From Planctomycetota bacterium (lineage in GTDB: Bacteria; Planctomycetota; PLA2; JAEUHO01), in assembly GCA_050248855.1 (NCBI GenBank), contig JBFWRP010000052.1, positions 1 through 11,263 of the forward strand: a stretch of 11,263 bases of DNA, in the 5' to 3' direction. The notes under the pieces are model-generated. The model ran no database searches and was not told where the DNA came from. It saw nothing but the letters and a program-made list of their open reading frames with translations. A program made the position numbers and the translations under genes. Below are positions 1-7,351 of the stretch, piece after piece. Numbering within the stretch: position 1 is the first letter of the stretch; the number at the start of each line of letters is the position of its first letter.

Positions 1-195
1 TGACACACGGGCTGTTCGCACCAAGGAACTGCCGACCTCTGCGCCGTCCGACGCGGGCAGGATAGTCGAGCCGACCCCCGTTTCATTGGAGGGGGTGCCG
101 CAGCCATGACGAACTGACACGGAGGGGGCGCGGTTCGACGGCCAGTGGACGTCGCACTTCGGTGTATGACCCCAAGCGGGAGACACACAGCGCTG

Positions 196-1485
196 TCAGG
201 CGCGGGGTTCGAGCACCTCGCGGCCGCCGAGGTAGGGACGGAGCGCCGCAGGGATGCGGATGCTGCCGTCCTTCTGCTGGTGCACTTCCAGCAGCGAGAT
301 CAACACGCGGGGCGTGGCGATCACGGTGTTGTTCAACGTGTAGCAGTGGCGGACGCGGCCGTCCTCGTCGCGGTAGCGGAGGTCCATGCGCCGGGCCTGG
401 TAGTCGCGGAAGCGGCTGGCCGTATGGGTCTCGCCGAACGCGCCTCGGCTGGGCATCCAGGCCTCGAGGTCGTACTTGAAGGTGGCGGCGCGGCCGATGT
501 CGCCCGAGGCCGTCGCCATCACGCGGTACGGAACCTCCAACAGCTGCAACATGTGCTCGGCATTTGCCACGATCGCCGCGTGGTGGTCGAGCGTCTTCTG
601 CTCGTCGGCCACGTCGATCACGACCTGCTCGACCTTGTTGAACTGGTGGACGCGGTAGAGCCCCCGCGTGTCCTTGCCGTACGTCCCCGCCTCGCGGCGG
701 AAGCACGGGCTCAACCCGGCATAGCGCAGTGGCAGGTCCTTCACGTCCAGGATCTCGCCCGCGTGCAGCGCGGTCACGCTGACTTCGCTCGTTCCCACCA
801 GCCAGCTGTCGGCGTCCTCGGCCGTGGGGTTGGCGATCCGGTAGGTCTGCTCCTCGGCGCCGGGGAAGTACGCGGTGCCGCGCAGCGCCCACTCCTTCAC
901 GAGCACGGGCACGGTCAACAGCGTGAACCCGCGCTCGCGGATGACGTCCATGGCGAGGCGCAGTACGGCCTGCTCCAGGAACGCCGCCTCGCCCTTCAGC
1001 ACGTAGCTGCGGCTTCCGGCCAGCCGGCCGGCGCGCTCGATGTCCACGCCATCCAGGCGTCGCAGGAGCTCGACGTGGTCCAGCGGCTCGAAGTCGAACG
1101 CGCCCGGCTCGCCGTGACGACGCACCTCGACGTTGGCCTTGTCGTCGTCGCCGTCGGGCACGTCGGGGTCGGGCGGGTTCGGGCAGGCCAACAGCAGGCC
1201 GTCGATCTCGGCCTGCACGGGGGCCAGCGCCTCGGTGTGGCGCAGCACATCGTCCTTCAGGACCCGGAGCCGCGTCAGCGCCAGCTGCTGCGCGTCGCCC
1301 TGCAGGTCCTTCACCTGACGACCGAGCGCCTTCTGCTCGGCGCGGGCCTCCTCCTGGAGGCGAATCAGGCGGCGACGGTCTTCGTCGAGCGCGAGCAGGC
1401 GATCGACGTCGAAGGCGATGCGCTTGCGCTTGGCGCCCTCGCGGATGGCCTCGGGGTTTTCGCGGATGACTGCCAGGTCGAGCAT
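196..1485 (-). CDS. serS: Serine--tRNA ligase (class II aaRS), 429 aa
   Basis: Starts MLDLAVIRENPEAI (typical SerRS N-terminus; ATG at 1485, not the ORF-track start 1704). N-terminal coiled coil, PNPPDPDVPDG, GTSEV, motif 2 FRREAGTYGKDTRGLYRVHQFNKVEQ, motif 3 TLNNTVIATPR, and QQKDGSIRIPAALRPY. Confidence 0.98.
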   Translation of the reverse strand: MLDLAVIRENPEAIREGAKRKRIAFDVDRLLALDEDRRRLIRLQEEARAEQKALGRQVKDLQGDAQQLALTRLRVLKDDVLRHTEALAPVQAEIDGLLLACPNPPDPDVPDGDDDKANVEVRRHGEPGAFDFEPLDHVELLRRLDGVDIERAGRLAGSRSYVLKGEAAFLEQAVLRLAMDVIRERGFTLLTVPVLVKEWALRGTAYFPGAEEQTYRIANPTAEDADSWLVGTSEVSVTALHAGEILDVKDLPLRYAGLSPCFRREAGTYGKDTRGLYRVHQFNKVEQVVIDVADEQKTLDHHAAIVANAEHMLQLLEVPYRVMATASGDIGRAATFKYDLEAWMPSRGAFGETHTASRFRDYQARRMDLRYRDEDGRVRHCYTLNNTVIATPRVLISLLEVHQQKDGSIRIPAALRPYLGGREVLEPRA

Positions 1486-1586
1486 GGGACGGTTCTCGCG
1501 GGGACGCGGTGTCGCGTCATGGAAGCAGCGAGCGGGCGCCAGGGGGAGCCGGAGTCGGGCCGCCCGCCGCTGGCCGCCGCCCGGGA

Positions 1587-1626
1587 GAACGAAAACGGGC
1601 CTCGTCGGTCGCACCGACGAGGCCCG
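1587..1626 (-). terminator. Intrinsic (Rho-independent) terminator
   Basis: Perfect 14-bp stem CGGGCCTCGTCGGT (1596-1609) / ACCGACGAGGCCCG (1613-1626) with a 3-nt loop. On the - strand it is followed by TTTTCGTTC. Lies between the lipoprotein gene and serS. Confidence 0.8.
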
Positions 1627-1797
1627 GGATGGAGAGGCTGGACGCGGCGAAGGCGTCCGAGCCGAGAGGCCGCTCGCCCGGTGCTCCGTGCGCCCCCCTC
1701 CCACTGAAGGCGCGCGGACTCCGGGAGCCAGCTCCGCCCTGGTCCGACCACTCGGCGCCTCGCGCGCCGGGGCCGCAGGCGGCCTCCCGAAATCCGA

Positions 1798-2055
1798 TCA
1801 GTAGCCGACGAGGCAGTCGCCGCGGTACGGGTCGTCGATGTCGTAGTTGAGGAAGTGCTTGTCGATCAGGCGCTCGTTGTGGCGAGCGTCGCGAGCCCAC
1901 TGGCCCAGGATGGCGTTGTTCTTGTCGCCCCACGAGCCGCAGCCCTGGCAGTCGCGACCGGAGAGGGTCTCCAGACCCGCGGCAGCACCGTTGCAGCCGG
2001 CGAGACTGGCGCCGGCCACGAGTACGAGGGCGAACAGCGACAAGCGCTTGAACAT
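1798..2055 (-). CDS. Small lipoprotein, 85 aa, function unknown
   Basis: ATG at 2055 with AGGAG 8 nt upstream. MFKR + hydrophobic stretch + lipobox LAG-C21. The mature part has CQGC and ends ...IDKHFLNYDIDDPYRGDCLVGY. Codons are strongly GC3-biased. Confidence 0.85.
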   Translation of the reverse strand: MFKRLSLFALVLVAGASLAGCNGAAAGLETLSGRDCQGCGSWGDKNNAILGQWARDARHNERLIDKHFLNYDIDDPYRGDCLVGY

Positions 2056-2294
2056 GGCGCGAGCTCCTGCTTGGCGTCGATCCTGGCCCGTCCTGGATGG
2101 ACGCGCGCAACGACGCGGCTTCCCGGGTCCGCAGGGCCGTCGAACGTCCGCGAGGACGCGCGCGCCATCGGGTCGGCCCTCCCTGGCCCCCGGCGACGCA
2201 CACCGACGGATGCGTGTGCTCCAGACTCCCTGGACCGTGGCCGAAGGCCACGATCCCGCGGAGGTCCCCACGAAGGGCCCTCCACGAGGGGATA

Positions 2295-2323
2295 GAGGTA
2301 CCAATCCGGCCCCCCGAGGTCAA
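2295..2323 (-). promoter_or_regulatory. Putative sigma70 promoter for the lipoprotein transcript
   Basis: On the - strand TTGACC (2323-2318), a 17-nt spacer ending TGG, then TACCTC (2300-2295). The -10 lacks the conserved final T. Confidence 0.45.
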
Positions 2324-2407
2324 CAGAATCGTCGCCGCCGGATCCCCTTCCCGGACCCGAGATTCCGGGCTTTGAGCGTGTGACACGGGCGTGACGGAAC
2401 GGCGGGG

Positions 2408-3535
2408 TCAGGCGCCGGCCTCCGGCGGGACCCCGCTGCCTGCGTAGAGCGCGTGCTCGGCGATGTACTGCTTCACGCCGGGGGCGACGAGATCCCCCAC
2501 GTCCTTTCCGGCGGCCAGCCGGGCGCGGAGCGCCGTGCTGCTGACGTCGACTTGCGGGGCCTCCAGGCGCACGGCCGCGATCCCCAACGCCTCCAGCTCG
2601 GGCGGGTCGACCAACGTCGTTCCCGGGCGCGCGGCGACGACGAGCTCGACCATCGTGAGGATGCGACGCCATTCGTGCCACGTGGCGAAGTCACCGTACA
2701 TGTCCGCGCCAAGCAAGAGGCGGAAGCGCGTGCCTTCGGGATGGCTGCGGCGCAGGACCTCCAGCGTGTCGACGGTGTAGGACGGGCCGCGGCGGCGGCC
2801 TTCGAGCTCGAGCACTTCCGTGCGCGGCAACCCGCTGACGCCGAGCCGCGTCATGGCCACGCGGTGGTGGAACGGCGTGACCTCGCTGGCCTCTCCGTCT
2901 TCGCCCGCGAACTTGTGCGGCGCGCTGCCCGCCACGACCACCAACAACCGGTCGTGCACGCGCAGCGCGGCCTCGCAGAGCGCGCGATGGCCGCGATGGA
3001 ACGGGTCGTAGGACCCTCCGTACACGCACACGAGCGGCCCGGTGGGCACCTCGACGACGCGCTTCGGGCGGGACGCCACGACCTGGACGGCCATGTACAG
3101 CGAGCCTGCCAAGAGCAGCCACGTGGCCCCGGAGGGCAGCACGCCCACCACGGCCAACAGCCCCAAGAGCGCGAACAGGGCCGCCGCACCCAGCATCACG
3201 GGGCGCGCCGCCGCGGGCAGGCGGGTGAGGGGGACGAGGAAGGCGAGCGCGACCACGAACCACGCGCACACCGCGGGGAGCGAGGGCGACTCGGCCCGGG
3301 GCACCAGTGGCACGAGGAGCAGCGCCACGCCGATGCCGAAGGTCCAGAGCCGCTTGGCCCCGCCCTTCATGCGGACGGGCAAGCAGGCCAGGGCACCGCC
3401 CAGGCCCACGACGGCGCCGAGCACGCCGGTGAGGACGCTCCCCGCCGGATGCACGAGATGGCCGGCCAGGAGGGCCAGCCCGGCCGCGGCGAGCGCCAGC
3501 GGGACCCAGAGGTCGCGTTTCTCGCTCAACGCCAA
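2408..3535 (-). CDS. nadD: Nicotinate-nucleotide adenylyltransferase fused to an N-terminal multi-pass membrane domain
   Basis: C-terminal approx. 208 aa (2408-3034) has YGGSYDPFHRGH (HxGH), SAPHK, SYTVDTL, LLLGADMYGDFATWHEW, VSSTALR, VKQYIAEHALY. The N-terminal approx. 155 aa has about 6 hydrophobic segments in the same frame. Start is TTG at 3535 or 3529; GGGGG lies 6 nt before the latter. Confidence 0.9.
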   Translation of the reverse strand: MALSEKRDLWVPLALAAAGLALLAGHLVHPAGSVLTGVLGAVVGLGGALACLPVRMKGGAKRLWTFGIGVALLLVPLVPRAESPSLPAVCAWFVVALAFLVPLTRLPAAARPVMLGAAALFALLGLLAVVGVLPSGATWLLLAGSLYMAVQVVASRPKRVVEVPTGPLVCVYGGSYDPFHRGHRALCEAALRVHDRLLVVVAGSAPHKFAGEDGEASEVTPFHHRVAMTRLGVSGLPRTEVLELEGRRRGPSYTVDTLEVLRRSHPEGTRFRLLLGADMYGDFATWHEWRRILTMVELVVAARPGTTLVDPPELEALGIAAVRLEAPQVDVSSTALRARLAAGKDVGDLVAPGVKQYIAEHALYAGSGVPPEAGA

Positions 3536-3658
3536 CCCCCGGCCGGCCGCCCGCGGCGGACACTTCGCGCCGCGGCGGGCCCAAGCCTAACCGCGGGTTC
3601 CCACGCTGGCGGCGGGCCGTGGATTGGTGAATCGCGCTCCCCGGCCGAGGATCGACCC

Positions 3659-4597
3659 GTGCCCGCCCTCGCTGCCACGCCCTGTCTCGTCGGACCCACG
3701 GGGAGCGGCAAGTCCGACGCCGGCGTCCTCCTGGCCCGCGCCGCAGGGCCCGGGAGCGAGGTCATCAGCTGCGACGCGTTCGCGGTCTACCGCGGCATGC
3801 CGATCCTGACGGCGGCCCCGGACGCCCCCCCGGACGTCCCCCATCGGCTCGTCGGCATCCTGGGCCCCGACGAGGTCTACGACGCCGCCCGTTTCGTCAC
3901 CGACGCCGACCACTACGTGGCGCGCGCACGGGAGGCGGACCGAGCAGCCTTGATCGTGGGCGGCACGGCGCTCTACCTGCGCGCGTGGCTCAAGGGCTTC
4001 GACATGGAGGCCCCCCGCGACGACGCGTACCGCGCGCAGCTGAAGGAGGTCGTGGCCCGCGAGGGTCCGCAGCGGCTCCACGCCCTGCTCGCCGAGGTGG
4101 ACGCCGAGCGGGCGCACGAGCTCCATCCCAACGACCTGCGGCGCATCGTGCGGGCCCTGGAGATCCACCACGTCACCGGCACGCCGGCCAGCGCCCAGCG
4201 CGTCACGTGGAGCGGGCCCGACCGCGTGCCCGCGCGCGTCGTGTACCTGGAGCGCAGCCTGGACGACCTCGACCGGCGCATCGACGCGCGCACGGAAGCC
4301 ATGTTCGAGGCCGGCCTCGTGGAGGAGGTCCGTGAGCTGCTGGCCCATCCGATCAGCCCGCAGGCGCGGCAGGTGCTGGGCCTGGCCGAGGTCGAGGCCC
4401 TGCTCGCCGGCACGATCGACGAGGCCGCGGCCAAGGCCTCCATCGTCCGCCGCACGCGCCGGTTCGCGCGCAAGCAAGGCACCTTCTTCCGCGGCTTCCA
4501 GGGGCTGGTGCCCCTGCCGGTCGCTCCCGACGAGGATGCCGCGAGCATCGCCAAGCGCGCGTCGAAGCTGCTGGGCCTCGAGCAAGGAGTCGGGTGA
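3659..4597 (+). CDS. miaA: tRNA dimethylallyltransferase, 312 aa
   Basis: GTG at 3659 with GAGG at 3647-3650. P-loop GPTGSGKS, ISCDAFAVYRGMPILTAAP, VPHRL, IVGGTALYL, LHPNDLRRIVRALEI, RIDARTEAMFEAGLVEEV, TRRFARKQGTFFR. Confidence 0.95.
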   Translation: MPALAATPCLVGPTGSGKSDAGVLLARAAGPGSEVISCDAFAVYRGMPILTAAPDAPPDVPHRLVGILGPDEVYDAARFVTDADHYVARAREADRAALIVGGTALYLRAWLKGFDMEAPRDDAYRAQLKEVVAREGPQRLHALLAEVDAERAHELHPNDLRRIVRALEIHHVTGTPASAQRVTWSGPDRVPARVVYLERSLDDLDRRIDARTEAMFEAGLVEEVRELLAHPISPQARQVLGLAEVEALLAGTIDEAAAKASIVRRTRRFARKQGTFFRGFQGLVPLPVAPDEDAASIAKRASKLLGLEQGVG

Positions 4598-4675
4598 GAT
4601 TCCACCCTCGGGCCGTTGCGCACTACCGCATGGGTGTAGTCCCCGCGGCCCGAGGGTGGAATCTCACCCGACTCC
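4586..4675. repeat. Perfect 30-bp inverted repeat with 30-nt spacer (REPIN/MITE-like; may also act as a bidirectional terminator)
   Basis: GGAGTCGGGTGAGATTCCACCCTCGGGCCG (4586-4615) is the exact reverse complement of 4646-4675. Each arm contains its own hairpin GGGTG-AGATTC-CACCC. Sits between convergent miaA and the WYL gene. Confidence 0.9.
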
Positions 4676-4694
4676 GTACGGCGCCCGTCTCCCG

Positions 4695-5747
4695 CTACGC
4701 CGCCGCTTCGTCCTCGTAGAGGGAACGCGTGGCCGCCACGCGCTCCGCGAACGCCACGGCCAGCCGCTTGGGCTCGACGATGTGGGCGCGCGCACCGAGC
4801 TCGGCCAGCCAACGGAACAGCCCCTCTTCACTGCGTACGGTCACCTCGAGCAAGCCGGTCCCGTCGTCGTTGACGGTCAACGACCCCGTGCCCCGACGAC
4901 GACGCTCCAGAAGCCACGTCGCCACCTCGTCCAGCGCGATCTTCACGGCGATCTCGGGCCCGTCGGCCAGCTCGAACTCCTCCTGCGCCAGGTGCCGCTC
5001 GATGTCGAAGCCCTCGGGCACCTCGAACGTGCCCGCCTCGCCCTTCGCCACCTTGTCGAGCACCTGCAGTCGACCCGTGATGCGGTCCAGGCGGAACTGC
5101 CGCTCGGCCTTGCGGCCCTCGTCGTAGCCGACGAGGTACCAGTTGCCCTCGACCAAGCCCAGCCCGTACGGCCGCACCGTGCGCTGCTCGGTGCGCTGCG
5201 CATCGACCGTGTGGTAGCCGAACTTCACGCGCTGACGACGCGCCACGGCCTCGCCGATCACGGTCAGGTGGTTGCGGGCCGTGTCCTTCTCCGGACGGCC
5301 GAGCGACAGCAGGTGCTGCTCCCCCACCGAGGTCCGGAGCGGCTCGGGAAGCTGGCTGTCGATGGTCAGCTTGGCCAGCGCGCTCTTGAGATTGCGCCCC
5401 AAGCCGTCGTCCACGACGCCGAGCGTCCGCTGGAGCACGGCCAGCAGCATGGCGTCCTCTGGCTCGAGCTTGGTCTCGCGCAGGAAGTAGCCCTTGGGAT
5501 CGATGACGTAGCCCGAGCGGCCGAACGCATCGCCCGCCACGTACTCGATGTCCACGCCGATGTCGCGCAGGTCGCTCTTGTCGCGATCGAACCGCTTCTC
5601 GACGGCATCGGGCGTGGCGTCGTCGTCGTAGCCCACGACGCGACCGCGGATGTCGGAGAACGGCACCGGCGCCCGTGCGGACAGCAAGTACGACACGAGG
5701 TTCAGCTGGCGTTCGAGCTTCAAGACCTTGGGGTCGCCACGCTTCAC
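4695..5747 (-). CDS. HTH-WYL-WCX transcriptional regulator, PafB-like, 350 aa
   Basis: GTG at 5747 with GGAGG at 5760-5756. N-terminus LERQLNLVSYLL...VEKRFDRDKSDLRDIGVDIE is PafB-type wHTH. WYL domain RTVRPYGL...NWYLVGYDEGRKAERQFRLDRI. C-terminal WCX-like WLAELGARAHIVEPKRL. Confidence 0.93.
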   Translation of the reverse strand: MKRGDPKVLKLERQLNLVSYLLSARAPVPFSDIRGRVVGYDDDATPDAVEKRFDRDKSDLRDIGVDIEYVAGDAFGRSGYVIDPKGYFLRETKLEPEDAMLLAVLQRTLGVVDDGLGRNLKSALAKLTIDSQLPEPLRTSVGEQHLLSLGRPEKDTARNHLTVIGEAVARRQRVKFGYHTVDAQRTEQRTVRPYGLGLVEGNWYLVGYDEGRKAERQFRLDRITGRLQVLDKVAKGEAGTFEVPEGFDIERHLAQEEFELADGPEIAVKIALDEVATWLLERRRRGTGSLTVNDDGTGLLEVTVRSEEGLFRWLAELGARAHIVEPKRLAVAFAERVAATRSLYEDEAAA

Positions 5748-5792
5748 GGGACGTGCCTCCGCCGGGTCACGCGCGTCGCGCGGGTCCGCTGC

Positions 5793-7214
5793 CTAGCGGA
5801 TCTCCTTGCGCGCCCAGGAACCGAAGCGGAACCATAGCACGTACACGATGGCCACGGCGAGGTGGATGGCGACCGCTGCGAGCCACAGCCCGCGCAGGCC
5901 GAAGCGGCCGGCGTTCTCCGCGGCCCATGCCGTCAGCGGGTAGCCGACGGCCCCGTACGCGATCACCTCGATGAGCAACGGGAACTTGGTGGCGCCGGCC
6001 CCGGCCAGGGCCTGGGAAAGCACCACGGCCACGGCCAGGAACACGAAGCCCGAGGACGCCACGTACAGGTAGGTCCGCCCCAGCGCATGCACGATGTCGG
6101 CGTTGGCCGTCGCGGCGGTGCTCACGCCCACGTCGAAGCCCATCAACCCCAGCAAGGCGTCCGCAAACAGCACGTAGCACGCCGCGAAGATGCACATCAT
6201 GGCCATGTTGAGGCCCAGCGCGATCCACGACGCCCGGATGGCCCGGTCCACGCGGCCGCGCCCGAGGTTCTGGCCCACGAGCGTGGCGGCCGCCGCGCCC
6301 CAGCCAAAGCCGCTGAACAGGGCCAGGCTGTCGAGCCGCAGCCCGATGCCGAAGGCGGCCTGTGCATTGGTCACGGCGTCGGCCACGTGCGGCAGGGCCT
6401 TGGGCGCGGCCACCTCCACGAAGCGAAGCGTGTACAGGTAGGCCGCCATGCGGACGAGCCACTGGATGCACGAGGGCACGCCGATGGCCAACATGGAACG
6501 GAGCATGGCGCCGCGCCACAGCCAGCGGCGGATCCTGAGGCCCAGGAACCCGCGGTAGAGCAGGGCGAGGCCGGCCAGCGCGAAGATGCCGCGGGCCACG
6601 ACCGTGGCCCAGGCGGCGCCCGCCACCCCCATCTCCGGCAAGCCGAACCCACCGAAGATGAACCAGATGTCCAGGATCACGTTGAGCAGGTTGGCGCCGC
6701 CCAGCAGGATCAGCGGCACCAGGCTGTTGCCGACCGCGCGCAGGGCGCCCGTCACGGTCAACAGGAGGAACATCGTCACGGTGCCGGCGCTCATGATCGC
6801 CAGGTAGTCCGTGGCGGGTGCGATGACCTCGCCCTTGGCGCCCAGCGCCACGGCGATCGGCTCGGCGAACAGCCAGGGCGGGATGCCGAACAGCATGCTC
6901 AGCAGGAAGGTCAGGATCAGACCCTGGCCCGTGGCGACCGACGCCCGGTTCAGACGCCCCAGCCCGTGGTAGCGGGCGATCAACGCAAGCATCGCGTTGA
7001 CGATCCCGTTGAAGATGATCATCGGGATCGAGTTGACGAGGCTGCCGATGGTGACCGCCGCCACCGCCACCTCGGGCGACTTCCACTTGGCGACGATGAA
7101 CAGGTCGACGAGGTTGAAGACGGAGCCGAGCGCCATGGCCACGACCAGGGGCGTGCCAAACCGGACGGTGGTCCGGAACAGCGGCTCCTCGCGGCGATGG
7201 GCGACGGCCTGCAC
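5793..7214 (-). CDS. MATE family efflux transporter, approx. 473 aa
   Basis: About 12 hydrophobic segments in two repeats. FNLVDLFIVAK, GALRAVGNS..PL, NVILDIWFIFGGFGLPEMGVAGAAWATVVAR, AAATLVGQNLGRG, LAGAGATKFPL, GLRGLWLA. The start codon is approximate. Confidence 0.93.
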   Translation of the reverse strand: MQAVAHRREEPLFRTTVRFGTPLVVAMALGSVFNLVDLFIVAKWKSPEVAVAAVTIGSLVNSIPMIIFNGIVNAMLALIARYHGLGRLNRASVATGQGLILTFLLSMLFGIPPWLFAEPIAVALGAKGEVIAPATDYLAIMSAGTVTMFLLLTVTGALRAVGNSLVPLILLGGANLLNVILDIWFIFGGFGLPEMGVAGAAWATVVARGIFALAGLALLYRGFLGLRIRRWLWRGAMLRSMLAIGVPSCIQWLVRMAAYLYTLRFVEVAAPKALPHVADAVTNAQAAFGIGLRLDSLALFSGFGWGAAAATLVGQNLGRGRVDRAIRASWIALGLNMAMMCIFAACYVLFADALLGLMGFDVGVSTAATANADIVHALGRTYLYVASSGFVFLAVAVVLSQALAGAGATKFPLLIEVIAYGAVGYPLTAWAAENAGRFGLRGLWLAAVAIHLAVAIVYVLWFRFGSWARKEIR

Positions 7215-7293
7215 GGGCGGGACGAGCCTCCGACTCGGGCTCGACGGCCCGGCGCCACCCTACCCGCGGGGACGCGGAGCACCGCGGAACCGC

Positions 7294-7326
7294 GACGCCC
7301 CCCGCCGGCCGTCCGGCGGGGGTGTC
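7294..7326. terminator. GC-rich stem-loop downstream of ald (terminator or mRNA stabiliser)
   Basis: CCCCCGCCGG (7299-7308) / CCGGCGGGGG (7313-7322) with loop CCGT, extendable by GACG/TGTC. No U-tract follows. Confidence 0.45.
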
Positions 7327-7351
7327 CGGGGCGCGGCCAAGGGCGCGAGGG

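Noticed and set aside
1486..1797. T-box riboswitch upstream of serS
   Set aside because: A terminator is present, but there is no UGGNACC T-box sequence or recognisable stem I/specifier loop on the - strand.
1936..1950. CxxC of the lipoprotein as a haem c attachment site
   Set aside because: The sequence is CQGCG, not CxxCH.
4586..4675. Mini CRISPR array (30-bp units, 30-nt spacer, WYL gene adjacent)
   Set aside because: The two units are inverted rather than direct, there are only two, and no cas gene is in the window.
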